Of a stretch of 64,000 nt of DNA, positions 42,443 to 54,102 are shown piece after piece. The stretch is from an uncultured Candidatus Rokubacteria bacterium (GTDB lineage: Bacteria; Methylomirabilota; Methylomirabilia; Rokubacteriales; CSP1-6), in NCBI GenBank assembly GCA_963789955.1, contig CAWBMV010000037.1, forward strand, positions 320,001 to 384,000, read 5' to 3'. The first letter of the stretch is position 1. Each line of letters starts with the position of its first letter. The position numbers were made by a program, and so were the translations under genes. The notes under the pieces were generated by a model. It was not told where the DNA came from. It did not search any database and saw nothing but the letters and a program-made list of their open reading frames with translations.

Positions 42443-45400
42443 ACACAGAGCTCTTCATCCGCCGGCCGGTCCTCACGACGCTCCTGATGGGCGCAATCTT
42501 GTTGTTCGGCATCATGGGCTTCCGGCTCCTGCCGGTGAGCGACCTGCCCAACATCGACTTCCCGACGATCCAGGTGGCCGCGGCGCTGCCGGGCGCCAGC
42601 CCCGAGACGATGGCGTCGGCGGTGGCGACGCCGCTGGAGAAGCAGTTCACGACGATCGCCGGCATCGACTCGATGACGTCGTCGAGCGCGCTCGGCCTGA
42701 CGCAGATCACGATCCAGTTCAGCCTCGACCGGAACATCGACGCCGCCGCGCAGGACGTGCAGGCGATGATCGCGAAGTCGGCGCCCCTGCTGCCGCCGGG
42801 CATGCCGACGCCGCCGACCTACCAGAAGGTGAACCCGGCCGACCAGCCGGTGCTCTACCTGGCGCTGAGCTCCCTGACCCTGCCGCTCTACATGGTCGAC
42901 GAGTACGCGCAGACGAACCTCGCCCAGCGCATCTCGACGATCGCCGGCGTGGCGCAGGTCCAGGTCTTCGGCTCGCAGAAGTACGCGGTCCGCGTGCAGC
43001 TCGATCCGCGCGCGCTGACCACCCGCGGCATCGGCATCGACGAGGTCCAGGCCGCGCTCGGGCGCAGCAACGTGAACCTGCCGACCGGCACGCTCTACGG
43101 CCAGCACCAGATGTTCAACGTGATGGCGACCGGCCAGCTCCAGAACGCCGAGGCCTTCCGCCCGCTGATCGTCGCCTATCGCAACGGCTCGCCCGTGCGG
43201 CTCGAGGAGCTCGGCAACGTCATCGACGGCGTGCAGACCGACAAGGTCGCCAGCTGGTACAACGACGAGCGCGCGGTGATCCTGGCCATCCAGCGCCAGC
43301 CCGGGACGAACACCGTCGAGGTCGTCGACGCCATCCGCGCGCTCATCCCGCGCTTCCGTCAGGAGCTGCCGGCCGCGGTGAACCTGAACGTCCTCTACGA
43401 CCGCTCGGTCGCGATCCGCGAATCGGTCCACGACGTCGAGTTCACTCTGGCGCTGGCCATCGCGCTGGTCGTGCTGGTCATCTTCCTGTTCTTGCGGAAC
43501 GTGTCGGCGACGATCATCCCGAGCCTCGCGGTGCCGCTGTCGATCATCGGCACCTTCGCCGTCATGTACTTGCTCGGCTACACGATCGACATCATCTCCT
43601 TGATGGCGCTCACGCTCTGCGTCGGGTTCGTCGTCGACGACGCGGTCGTCATGCTCGAGAACATCGTGCGCCACATGGAAGAGGGCAAGAGCCGGATGGA
43701 GGCGGCGCTGATCGGCGCCAAGGAGATCGGGTTCACGATCATGTCGATGACCCTCTCGCTGGCCGCCGTCTTCATCCCCGTGCTGTTCATGGGCGGGGTC
43801 ATGGGGCGGCTGCTCCACGAGTTCGCGGTGGTCATCACGGCGGCGGTGCTGGTGTCGGGCTTCGTGTCCCTGACCCTGACGCCGATGGCCTGCAGCCGCT
43901 TCCTGAGACCGCCGGGCGAGTCGCACGGGCGGCTCTACCTGGCCTCCGAGCGCTTCTTCGACGGCATGCTCCGCGTCTACGACCGCTCGCTCCAGTGGAC
44001 CCTGCGCCACCGCCGTTTCACGATGGCCGTGATGCTGGCGACGTTCGTGCTGACCGCCTATCTCTTCGTCATCATTCCCAAGGGCTTCATCCCGACCGAG
44101 GACACCGGGCAGATCTTCGCGTTCACCGAGGCCTGCGCAGGACATCTCGTTCGACGCCATGGCGGAGAAGCAGCGGGCGGCGGCCGCGATCGTGCTGAAA
44201 CAGCCCTACATCGACCAGATCATGTCCTCGATCGGCGCCTCGACGATCAACGTCGTCCCGAACACCGGGCGCATCTTCATGCGGCTCAAGCCCCGCGAGG
44301 AGCGCCCGTCGGCCGACAAGATCATCGAGGATCTCCGGCCCAAGCTCGCGGCGATCCCGGGATTCCGCGTGTACCCGCAGAACCTGCCGACCATCCGCAT
44401 CGGCGGCAACCTGACCAAGGCGCTCTACCAGTACACGCTCCAGTCGCCCGAGCTGCAGGAGCTCTACAAGTGGGCGCCGATCGTGTTCGACAAGATGCGG
44501 ACCTTGCCGGGGTTCCAGGACGTCAACAGCGACCTACAGATCACGAGCCCGCAGATCACGGTCGACATCGATCGCGACAAGGCGTCGGTGCTGCGCGTGA
44601 GCGCCGATCAGATCGAGAACGCGCTCTACAGCGGCTACGGCGCGCGCCAGGTCTCGACGATCTACACGCCGACGAACCAGTACTGGGTCATCATGGAGCT
44701 CGATCCCCGGTACCAGCGCGACCCGACCGAGCTGTCCTTGCTCTATGTCCGCTCCGAAACGGGCAAGCTCGTGCCGCTCTCGTCGGTGGCGCGCCTCACG
44801 CCGACGATCGGGCCGCTGACCATCACGCACCTCGGCCAGCTTCCGGCGGTGACGATCTCGTTCAACCTGGCGCAGGGCGTCTCGCTCAGCGAGGCGGTGG
44901 CGCAGGTCGCCAAGGCCCAGCGCGATCTGCAGATGCCGGCCACCATCAACGGGAGCTTCCAGGGCACCGCGCAGGCGTTCCAGTCCTCTTTGAAGGGCCA
45001 GGGCGTCCTGCTGATCGTCACGGTCCTGGTGATCTACCTCGTGCTCGGCATCCTGTACGAGAGCTTCGTGCATCCGCTGACGATCCTGTCGGGCCTTCCG
45101 TCGGCCGGCGTGGGCGCGCTGCTCACCTTGCTGCTCTTCAAGACCGAGCTCAACATCTATGGCTTCGTCGGCATCATCATGCTGGTCGGCATCGTCAAGA
45201 AGAACGCGATCATGATGATCGACTTCGCGCTCGAAGCCGAGCGCGGGGGCGCGACGCCGCGAGACGCCATCTACAAGGGCTGCCTGCTCCGCTTCCGGCC
45301 GATCATGATGACGACGATGGCCGCGCTGCTCGGCACCCTGCCGATCGCGCTCGGCATCGGCGCGGGCGCCGACGCCCGGCGCGCGCTCGGGCTGGCGGTG

Positions 45401-45550
45401 GTCGGCGGGTTGCTCGTCTCGCAGCTCCTGACCCTCTACATCACGCCGGTGCTCTACACGTACATGGAAGGCGCGCAGAAGGCCATGAGCGGGTTCCGCG
45501 GCCGTTTCGTGGGTGCCGGCGCCCGCGCCCGTCGGGTCCCCGCCGCCTAG
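42439..45550 (+). CDS. RND efflux permease (MdtB/MdtC-like), frameshift near 44135
   Basis: FIRRPV, PGASPETMASAVATPLE, GFVVDDAVVMLENI, GIVKKNAIMMIDFA, RFRPIMMTT. Confidence 0.92.
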
Positions 45551-45750
45551 ACGATGTCGCCGGGGGGCACTCAAACGACTGGCAAACGCGAGGACCTCCT
45601 TCGTTCCGCGGTCCGCATCCACCCTCTCGCACCGCGACTCCATCGTTCCGGGCGACCTTAGCGCTCGCCTCGCCCGGCCCCGCGCCCACCGCGCAAGGGA
45701 CGCACCCGCCCGTGTGATACATTGGCTCACCCACGATTCGGAGGTGGCCC

Positions 45751-47318
45751 ATGTCGCTGACATCGCATCGCTGTACCGTGTGGCTCGTCCTGGCGTCACT
45801 GGCGCTCGTCGCCGGAAGCGCGCTCAGCGCGGAGGCGCAGAAGAAGGGCGGCGTCCTGAAGGTCGGCAACCTCGGGGAGCCGCCGTCCCTCGACGCCCAC
45901 TGGACGACGGCCAGCATCACCGAGACCTTGACCAATCACATCTACGAGGGGCTCTACAGTCTCGACAACGACAACCGTCCGATCCCGATGCTGGCCGAGA
46001 GCCATACGGTGAGCAAGGACGGCCTCACCTACACCTTCAAGCTCCGCCAGGGCGTCAAGTTCCACAACGGCAAGGAGATGACCTCCGAGGACGTCGTCGC
46101 TTCGCTCGCCCGCTGGGGCAAGCAGTCGATCTACGGCAAGGCGCTCTTCGCGCAAGTCGCCGACTGGAAGGCGCTCGACAAGTACACGGTGGAGATGAAG
46201 CTGAAGGAGAAGTCGGCGATCGTGCTCATCTCGCTCGCGGTGCCGAACAATTTCGGCGCCATCTATCCAAAGGAGATCGCCGAGAAGTTCGCGCCCGAGG
46301 TGAAGGCGACGGAGTACGTCGGGACGGGCCCGTTCAAGCTCGCCGAGTGGAAGCCCGACCAGTACATCCGCATGGTCCGCTTCGACGATTACAAATCGCG
46401 CAACGAGAAGCCGAACGGCTACGGTGGTGGCAAGACCGCATACGTAGACGAAGTCCGGTGGCAGCCGGTTCCCGAGGTGGCGACTCGCGTAGCGCAGGTC
46501 GAGACGGGCGAGCTCGACTTCGCCGACGACCTGAACCTGGACGCCTACGACCGGCTGAAGAAGAACTCGAGTCTCCGCCCGCTCGTCTCGAAGCCGTACT
46601 ACTGGCTCGTCGCGGTCTTCAACAAAAAAGAAGGCCTGATGACGAACCAGAAGCTCCGACAGGCCTGGCAGGCGGCGATCGACATCGAGCCGATCATGAA
46701 GAACGTGGCGGGCGGCCATCCCGAGTTCTACCGGATGGACTCGAGCCTGGCGATGGTCGAGATCACGTCGTGGCACACGAAGCTCTCGGGACTGCCGTGG
46801 AACGAGCACAACAAGGAGAAGGCCAAGAAGCTCCTGCGGGAGGCGGGCTACAAGAACGAGCCGATCCGCTTCATGACGACGCAGGAGTACAAGTGGATGT
46901 ACGACTTCGCCCTGCTGACCAAGCAGCAGCTCGAGGACGCCGGCTTCACGATCGACCTGCAAGTCGTCGACTGGGCCACGCTGGTGAAGCGGCGGAACAA
47001 TTCGAAGGAGTACGACGCGTTCACCACCGGTATCGGCGCCTTCTACGATCCGACCCACTGCGTCTTCCTCACGGCGAACTGGCCGGGCTGGACCACTGAC
47101 GAGGACATCCTGAAGCTCCAGGCCGAGCATGGCGCGCGAGACCGACCCCAAGAAGCGCATGGCGCTCTGGGAGCAGCAGACCCGGCAGTTCTACGAGAAG
47201 GTGCCGGTGATCCGCTACGGCGATCTCGTTCGGGCTTCGCGCGATCCGCAACACGACGAAGGGCTTCAACGAGAAGACCGAGCGCGTTCGCTTCTACAAC
47301 GTGTGGGTCGAGAAGTAG
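45751..47318 (+). CDS. Peptide/nickel ABC substrate-binding protein, family 5 (frameshifts near 47128 and 47228)
   Basis: GGVLKVG..PPSLD, IYEGL, YTFKLRQGVKFHNG, GTGPFKL; corrected end RFYNVWVEK*. Confidence 0.9.
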
Positions 47319-47331
47319 TGCCCTGAGGGCC

Positions 47332-47363
47332 GCGGGCGCCGTCGTCCGAGGGCGGCGCCTGCT
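47332..47363 (+). terminator. GC hairpin after the substrate-binding gene (stabiliser or attenuator; no U-tract)
   Basis: GCGGGCGCCGTC...GGCGGCGCCTGC imperfect inverted repeat. Confidence 0.35.
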
Positions 47364-47375
47364 CCGCCATAGCGC

Positions 47376-48323
47376 GTGACGACGTACCTGATCCGACGGC
47401 TCTTGACGCTCGTGCCGGTGCTGGCGGTCGTCGTCACCGTCGTCTTCCTGCTCATTCATCTGATTCCCGGGCGATCCGGTGAGCGTCATGCTGGGCCCGG
47501 ACGCGACCGCCGCCCAGATCGACGACGACGCGCCAGGCTCTCGGCCTCGATCGTCCGCTGCACGAGCAGCTGTTCAAGTTCTACGCGCGCATCCTGCGCG
47601 GCGATCTGGGTCAGTCCTACTTCCTCGACCGTCCGGTGGTGACGGCGCTCCTGGAGCGGGCCGAGCCGACCCTGGTGCTGACGCTTCTCCGCCCTGCTCG
47701 TCGCGGTCGCGATCGGCGTGCCCTCGGGGATCATCGCCGCCGCCTACCAGGGCTCGCTCTGGGACCGCGCGCTCATGTTCAGCGCGCTGCTCGGCGTGTG
47801 CGTGCCCGGATTCTGGCTGTCCCTGAACTTCATCTACCTCTTCGCGGTTCGTCTGGGCTGGCTGCCGGTGGCGGGCTACGCGTCGATCTTCTCGGATCCG
47901 GTCGCGGCGCTGCGCTACATGGTGCTGCCGGCCGTCTCCCTCGGCTTCAACCAGTCGGCGCTGATCGCGCGCATCAGCCGGTCGTGCATGCTGGAGGCGC
48001 TCCAGCAGGACTACGTCCGCACGGCGCGGGCGAAGGGCGTGTCGCAGCGCTCCGTCCTGTGGGTCCACGCGTTCCGCAACGCGCTCGTCCCGGTCGTCAC
48101 CGTGATCGGGATCACGATGGCGATCCTGATCGGCGGCGCCGTCGTCACCGAGATCGTCTTCAACATCCCCGGGCTCGGCCGGCTGATCATCTCCGCCGTG
48201 CTGCGCCGCGACTACCCGGTGGTGCAGGGCGTGATCCTGGTGACCGCGACGGCGTACGTGTTGATCAATCTCGCGGTGGACGTCCTCTACGTCTTCATCG
48301 ATCCGCGGATCCGCTATGGCTGA
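47376..48323 (+). CDS. Peptide ABC permease (DppB-like), several frameshifts
   Basis: YLIRRLL, GDLGQSY, QDYVRTARAKG, HAFRNA, RDYPVVQG, DPRIRY. Confidence 0.88.
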
Positions 48324-49164
48324 CCTCGGCGCTCGCCCGACGTGGCGCCGCTACGCCGCGCGGAACCGAAGCATCGCCGTCGGCTCGGCCATTCTGGCCG
48401 TGGTGATACTCGCCGCGCTGCTGGCCGGCGTCATCTCGACCCACGACCCGCGCCGGCTCAACCCGGCTCAGCGCCTGAAAGCGCCGAGCGCCACGAACTT
48501 CCTGGGCACGGACGAGTTCGGCCGCGACGTGTTCAGCCTGGTGCTGTACGGCGCCCAGGTCTCGCTGCTGGTCGGGGCCACGACGATGATCCTGACCTCG
48601 CTCTGGGGCATCGTGATCGGGCTGATCGCCGGCTACTATCGCCGGGTCGATCTGCCGCTGATGCGCGTCATGGACGGCCTCATGGCCTTCCCCGCCATCC
48701 TGCTGGCGATCGCGCTGATGGCGGCGCGCGGCCCGGGCATCGGCAACGTCATCTTCGCGCTCTCGGTCGTCTACACGCCGCGCACGGCCATGCTGATTCG
48801 GAGCACCGTGCTGAGCCTGCGAGAGCTCGACTACGTCCAGGCGGCGCGCGCGCTCGGCCGGCAGGACCTCGGCATCGCCTTCCGCCACATCCTGCCGAAC
48901 TGCGTGGGGCCCTTGCTCGTGCAGGCGAGCTTCATCTTCGCGTACGCCATTCTGGCCGAGGCGATCCTGGGCTTCCTCGGCGTCGGCGTGCCGCCCTACG
49001 TGCCCTCGTGGGGCAACGTGATCGCCAGCGGCAAGAACGTCATTCGCGAGGCCTTCTGGGTGAGCCTCTTCCCCGGCCTCGCGCTGACCATCTCCGGGTT
49101 GAGCCTGAACCTCCTGGGCGACGGTCTTCGTGACGTGCTGGACCCCCGGTTGCGCGTACAGTAG
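48316..49164 (+). CDS. Peptide ABC permease (DppC-like)
   Basis: LGTDEFGRDVFS, DYVQAARALG, HILPN, GDGLRDVLDPR. Confidence 0.92.
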   Translation: MADLGARPTWRRYAARNRSIAVGSAILAVVILAALLAGVISTHDPRRLNPAQRLKAPSATNFLGTDEFGRDVFSLVLYGAQVSLLVGATTMILTSLWGIVIGLIAGYYRRVDLPLMRVMDGLMAFPAILLAIALMAARGPGIGNVIFALSVVYTPRTAMLIRSTVLSLRELDYVQAARALGRQDLGIAFRHILPNCVGPLLVQASFIFAYAILAEAILGFLGVGVPPYVPSWGNVIASGKNVIREAFWVSLFPGLALTISGLSLNLLGDGLRDVLDPRLRVQ

Positions 49165-49242
49165 TGCGAGCCGCAGGACGTCGCGGGGCTGGGGCCCCGC
49201 CGTCCGAGGCGAGCTGTTCAAACCGGAGTCCCTGGAGGGGTC

Positions 49243-49701
49243 ATGGCTCTCGAACAGACGTTGAACGACACGCTCACGAAGGCGATCAAGGAGAAGGACA
49301 CGCGGGTCTCCGACGTGGTCCGCATGATCAAGTCGAAGATCGGCGAGCGCCGGACGGCCAAGGGATTCTCCGGCACCGTCGACGATGCGCTCGTCCTCGA
49401 CGTGATCGGCGCCTACCGCAAGCAGCTCCAGAAAGCCCTCGCCGAATTCGAGAAGGTCGGCGAGCGCGGCGCCGCGCACGTCGCGCAGCTGCGCTTCGAG
49501 CTCGAGTTCTGCGAGCGCTACCTGCCGAAGGGCATGGACGAGGCGGCGCTCCGCACGCTCGTCCGCGAGCGCCTGGACGCGCTCAAGATCGCCGACGCCA
49601 AGCAAGTCGGCCGGCTGGTCGGCGACGTCATGAAGACGCACAAGGGCCAGGTCGATGCGGCGGACGTGAAACGGGTCGCCGAGGAGATGCTGAAGGTCTA
49701 G
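49243..49701 (+). CDS. GatB/YqeY domain protein
   Basis: L..AIKEKD....VRMIKS, E.YLPK, VGRLVG.VMK..KGQVD. Confidence 0.85.
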   Translation: MALEQTLNDTLTKAIKEKDTRVSDVVRMIKSKIGERRTAKGFSGTVDDALVLDVIGAYRKQLQKALAEFEKVGERGAAHVAQLRFELEFCERYLPKGMDEAALRTLVRERLDALKIADAKQVGRLVGDVMKTHKGQVDAADVKRVAEEMLKV

Positions 49702-50156
49702 GGCCGCCACTCGTAGAGGACGTCCGGGCACTTCTCTTCGTTACCGGAGCCGTCGCCGAACCTCACCGCCTTGAATCCCCGGCGCTCGTAGAAGTCTCGC
49801 GCCCGCTCGTTGCACTGGAATGTGTAGAGCCGGATCGGCGGCGGAAGCTCGGCCCGGGCGAGCTCCAGCAGCCGGGTGCCGATGCCGCGAGCGATCCAGG
49901 CCGGATGCAGATAGAGCTGTTCGATCCAGCTGCCGTCGGTGGCGCTGGCGACCGACACGAGCCCCACGACCAGACCATCGACGACGGCCACCGTGGTTCT
50001 TCCGGCCGGGATCAGGCGCCCGCGAATCCAGTCCCGAACGTCTTCGTCGGAGTGAGCCAGCGGCGCGCACGCCACGAGCTCCTTGCGCGAGCGAAGATAG
50101 ACGTCGGCGACCGCGTCGGCGTCACCGACGGTGGCCGGGCGAAGCTCGACGGTCAA
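49698..50156 (-). CDS. GNAT N-acetyltransferase (TTG start inferred)
   Basis: LRPAT..D, QLYLHP..RGIGTRLL, LYTFQCNERARDFYERRGF, NEEKCPD. Confidence 0.85.
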   Translation of the reverse strand: MTVELRPATVGDADAVADVYLRSRKELVACAPLAHSDEDVRDWIRGRLIPAGRTTVAVVDGLVVGLVSVASATDGSWIEQLYLHPAWIARGIGTRLLELARAELPPPIRLYTFQCNERARDFYERRGFKAVRFGDGSGNEEKCPDVLYEWRP

Positions 50157-50513
50157 CGCCGCGAGCTGGCCACGACCGCCACCAGCGCGAGGGCCGCCGG
50201 GAGCGCTTGCGTGAACAGGATCGACGTCTTCGCCGTCAAGCCGCCGAATACGCCGGCGACGATGACGCACCCGAGAAAGAAGAACTTCAGCTCACGACGG
50301 TCCGTCCACAAGGCCCACACCAGGCCGGCGGCCAGGAAGCCGTTGTACAAACCCTGATTGGCGGCGAGCCTCGCCGAGCCGGCGGAGACTTCCGGCGTCA
50401 TGCCGAACATCTTGCGGCCGACCGGGTGATCCCAGAAGAACATCTCGAGGATCAGGAAGCCGACGTGGCTCAGCGCGACCAGGCCGATCAGAGATATTGG
50501 CGACGATCTTCAT
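50153..50513 (-). CDS. DUF1304 family membrane protein (frameshift near 50490)
   Basis: H..FLILEMFFW, LAANQGLYNGFLAAGL, QALPA. Confidence 0.85.
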
Positions 50514-50591
50514 GGCGCCGATTATGGCTCACGCATCGCCGTCGCGGTGACTCGTTCCACGGCGGCGAGAGACATGCCCACGGCCCGGACC

Positions 50592-51683
50592 TCAGAACAC
50601 GACGACCCCGCGCGCCACCTGCCCGCTGCGCAGCGCGGTGAACCCGTCGTTGATCTCCTCGAGCTTGTACGTGCGGCTCACCAGCTGATCGATCTTCAGC
50701 CGGCCGTCCAGGTAGAGATCGACCAGCTTCGGGAAGTCGATGTTCGGGCGCACCGAGCCGTACATCGTGCCGCGGATCGTCTTTTCCTGGAGCGCCATCA
50801 TGTAGGGCGTGATCGGCGCCCGCACGTTCATCGCGGCCATGCCCACGATGACCGCGGTGCCGCCGGGACGGATCGAGTCGAGGATCTGCAAGGTCGTCGC
50901 CTCGCCGCCGATCGCGTCGAAGGCGTAGTCGGCGCCCCGGCCGCCGGTGAGGCCCCGGACCGTGTCGACCACGTTCTGGCGGCCGGCGTTGATCGTGTGC
51001 GTCGCGCCGAACTCGCGCGCGTACTCGAGCTTGTTGTCCAGCAAGTCGCACGCGACGATCAGCCGCGCGCCGGCGAGCCGCGCCCCCTGGACGACGTTGA
51101 GGCCCACGCCGCCGCAGCCGATCACGACGACGGACGCGCCGGCCTCCACTTCCGCGCAGCGGGTCACGGCACCGACACCCGTCGGCACGCAGCAGCCCAT
51201 CAGGGCCGCCTGCGGCCACGGCATCTCCTTGCGGATCGGGACCAGCATCTCGGCGGGGCAGACGACCGATTCCGCGAACGTGCCGATACGCGCCATCTGG
51301 AAGATGTCCTGGCCGTCGCGCTTGAGACGGCACGTGCCGTCGAGCATCGCCCAGCGCGCGGACTGATGGCCGTCGCAGAGGATCGAGCGCCCGATCGAGC
51401 AGTAGAGGCAGCGGCCGCATTGCGGGCGGAAGGAGAAGATCACGTGATCGCCGGGCTTCACGTTGGTGACGCCGGCGCCGACGTCCTCGACGATACCGGC
51501 CGCTTCGTGGCCCAGCACCATCGGCAACGGCAAGGTCCAGTCGCCGTTGATGATGTGCCAGTCGCTGTGGCAGACCCCCGCGGCCTTGACGCGCACGCGC
51601 GCTTCACCCGCCTGGGCCCCCTGCTGCTGAACGTCGACGACCTCGAGCGGCGTGTTGGCTTTGTAGAGGATCGCGGCTTTCAT
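50592..51683 (-). CDS. Zn-dependent alcohol dehydrogenase
   Basis: GVCHSD, GHE, CGRCLYC..G...LC, GCGGVG. Confidence 0.92.
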   Translation of the reverse strand: MKAAILYKANTPLEVVDVQQQGAQAGEARVRVKAAGVCHSDWHIINGDWTLPLPMVLGHEAAGIVEDVGAGVTNVKPGDHVIFSFRPQCGRCLYCSIGRSILCDGHQSARWAMLDGTCRLKRDGQDIFQMARIGTFAESVVCPAEMLVPIRKEMPWPQAALMGCCVPTGVGAVTRCAEVEAGASVVVIGCGGVGLNVVQGARLAGARLIVACDLLDNKLEYAREFGATHTINAGRQNVVDTVRGLTGGRGADYAFDAIGGEATTLQILDSIRPGGTAVIVGMAAMNVRAPITPYMMALQEKTIRGTMYGSVRPNIDFPKLVDLYLDGRLKIDQLVSRTYKLEEINDGFTALRSGQVARGVVVF

Positions 51684-52687
51684 GACCCGTCTCCTTGGGA
51701 GAGCTTCATCAGCTCGAGCGCCGCGCGGCCGAGCAGGCCGTACGGCGAGCCGAGCGTCTCGATGATCTCGAAGTGGTTGTAGTCCTCGCCCACCAGGAAC
51801 TTCACCGGCTTGCCCGCCGCCGTCACCGCGGCGACGAAATCGCGCGCCTGGCGCTGGAACTCCGGCGACTCGAGCGTGCCGTGGCTGACGACGATCGGCG
51901 CGTTCAGCCGATCGAGATGACGCTGCGAGCTGAGCGCCTGCTCCATCTCGTCGGTGAACTTGACGTAGCTGCTGCGCGCCGATAGGCGCGGCGCCTTGAG
52001 GTCGTACATGCCGCTCGAGCAGAGTCCGCCCTTCACGACGTTCGCGGGCAGGTTGAACTCGCGCGCCCAGTCGGTCGTCAGGGCCACGCCGGCCAGATGG
52101 GCGCCGGACGAGTGGCCCGAGACGTAGAGCCGATCGGGATCGCCGCCGAAGCTCCGGGCGTTCCGGTAGACCCAGACGATCGCGCGACGCACCTGATCGG
52201 CCATGACCGTGAGACTTCCGCCCACGTCCTGGACCGCCGCGAAGTCCGGCACGACGAAATGGGCTCCGGCGCGCACGAAGAGCTCGGCCGGAAACGCGTA
52301 GTTCTTGGCGAGGCCGGCGCGCCAGGCACCGCCGTGGATGAACACGTTGATCGGCGCGTTGGGGCGCGCAGTCGGGTAGAGATCGAGGCCCTCGACCGGC
52401 GTGGCGCCGTACGCGAAGCGCCGGGGCGCGCCGAGGCGCGCGCGCACGGCTTCGCTCTGGCTCGCGAAGCGCCGGACGACCAGCTCGCGATTCCCCGCCC
52501 AGACGGTCTGGTCGTAGGCCGCGTCGAGCTCGGCCTGATCGAGATCGAGCCACACGCGCGGACCTTTGACCCGTGGCGCCGGACCGGGCTGCTGAGCGAA
52601 CGCGGCGCCGCCGAGCGCCATCACCGCGCCGGCCGCCGTCGCGCCCAGAGCCCCACGGCGAGTGCGCCGATCACCGGGGTCAGTCAA
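51680..52687 (-). CDS. Arylformamidase-like alpha/beta hydrolase with twin-arginine signal
   Basis: TRRGALG signal; LDAAYDQ, HGGAW, GHSSGAHL, NHFE. Confidence 0.82.
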   Translation of the reverse strand: MTDPGDRRTRRGALGATAAGAVMALGGAAFAQQPGPAPRVKGPRVWLDLDQAELDAAYDQTVWAGNRELVVRRFASQSEAVRARLGAPRRFAYGATPVEGLDLYPTARPNAPINVFIHGGAWRAGLAKNYAFPAELFVRAGAHFVVPDFAAVQDVGGSLTVMADQVRRAIVWVYRNARSFGGDPDRLYVSGHSSGAHLAGVALTTDWAREFNLPANVVKGGLCSSGMYDLKAPRLSARSSYVKFTDEMEQALSSQRHLDRLNAPIVVSHGTLESPEFQRQARDFVAAVTAAGKPVKFLVGEDYNHFEIIETLGSPYGLLGRAALELMKLSQGDGS

Positions 52688-54089
52688 CCGGCGGGCGGCG
52701 CTGGGCCCACGGCCGCGCCGCCTCGAACGCCGCTGAGGCTTGCAGCACCGTCAGGTCGGCGAAGCGGCGGCCGACGATCTGGAGCCCGACGGGCAGGCCG
52801 GCCGGCGTGAAGCCCGCGGGCACGGACGCCGCGGGCTGGCCGGTGAAATTGAACGGATAGCTGAACGAGGCCCAGCGGATCCAGTCCCACACGTGCTGCG
52901 ACCAGTGCTCGGGATTCAGGCGACTGACGGGAAACGCGGCGACCGAGAGCGTCGGCGTGAGGAGCAGATCGTACTTCTCGAAGAGTGGCCGCACCGTGTC
53001 CCAGTAGGCGAGCTTCTGGGCTCGTGCTTCGACGTAGTCGACCATGCTGTATTGCAGGCCGTCCTCGATGCACGCGACGAGGCCCGGGTCCATCCGGTCG
53101 CGCCACCGCGGAAGATACTGCGCGTAGTTTCCCGCCTCGTGAGCGCTCCAGAGGCAGCGGATCAGGTCGTGCGAGTCGGCGAATCCGGGCTTGACCTCCT
53201 CCACGACGCAGCCGAGATCCGTGAAGGCGCTGACCGCGTGCGCGACCACACTGGCGACCTCGGCGTCGACCGGGAAACCGCCGAGGTCGGGACTGAACGC
53301 GACCTTGAGCCCTGTGATGCCAAGGTTGAGCTTGCCGACGTAGTCGTCGGGCGCGGCCTCGAGCGAGGTGCGATCCCAATCGTCCGGGCCCGCCATGATC
53401 GACAGCATCAGCGCGGCGTCGGCGACGGTTCGCGTCATCGGCCCCATGTGCGAGGCGTAGTCGTTGTTGGAGATCGGCCACATCGGGACGCGGCCGTACG
53501 ACGGCTTGAGGCCGAAGATGCCGCAGAATCCGCTGGGGATCCGGATCGATCCGGCGCCGTCCGATCCCTGGTGAAGCGGTCCGAGCCCGGCGGCGGTGGC
53601 CGCGCCGGCGCCGGCGCTGGAGCCGCCCGTCGTCATGCCGGTGTTCCAGGGATTGCGCGTGATGCCCGTGAGGGGGCTGTCGCCGAGTCCCTTCCAGCCG
53701 AACTCCGGTGTCGTCGTCTTGCCGAGCATGACGCCGCCGGCCTGCTGGAGGCGCCGCACCGCCGGCGGGTCCACGTCGGGCACGCGCTTTTCGAAGATGA
53801 ACGAGCCGGACATCGTCCGGACGTCCTTCGTGTAGTGCAGATCCTTGATCGAGAACGGGATGCCGTGGAGCGGGCCCAGCGCCTCGCCCTTCATGAGGGC
53901 CTGCTCGGCCGCGCGCGCCGCGATCAACGCCTGGTCGGCCGTGACCGTGCAGAACGCGTTGACGACGGGATTGACGCGCCCGATGCGATCGAGCACCGCG
54001 CGCGTCAGCTCTACCGGCGAGAGCTTCTTGGCGCGGATCAGGGCGGCCAGCTCCGTCGCGGGCGTGAACGCGAGGTCGGTGGACGCCAT
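52680..54089 (-). CDS. Amidase signature family protein
   Basis: GPLHGIPFSIKD, GGSSAG, GSDGAGSIRIP, GLPVGLQIVG. Confidence 0.93.
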   Translation of the reverse strand: MASTDLAFTPATELAALIRAKKLSPVELTRAVLDRIGRVNPVVNAFCTVTADQALIAARAAEQALMKGEALGPLHGIPFSIKDLHYTKDVRTMSGSFIFEKRVPDVDPPAVRRLQQAGGVMLGKTTTPEFGWKGLGDSPLTGITRNPWNTGMTTGGSSAGAGAATAAGLGPLHQGSDGAGSIRIPSGFCGIFGLKPSYGRVPMWPISNNDYASHMGPMTRTVADAALMLSIMAGPDDWDRTSLEAAPDDYVGKLNLGITGLKVAFSPDLGGFPVDAEVASVVAHAVSAFTDLGCVVEEVKPGFADSHDLIRCLWSAHEAGNYAQYLPRWRDRMDPGLVACIEDGLQYSMVDYVEARAQKLAYWDTVRPLFEKYDLLLTPTLSVAAFPVSRLNPEHWSQHVWDWIRWASFSYPFNFTGQPAASVPAGFTPAGLPVGLQIVGRRFADLTVLQASAAFEAARPWAQRRPPVD

Positions 54090-54102
54090 GATGGTCTCCC
54101 CG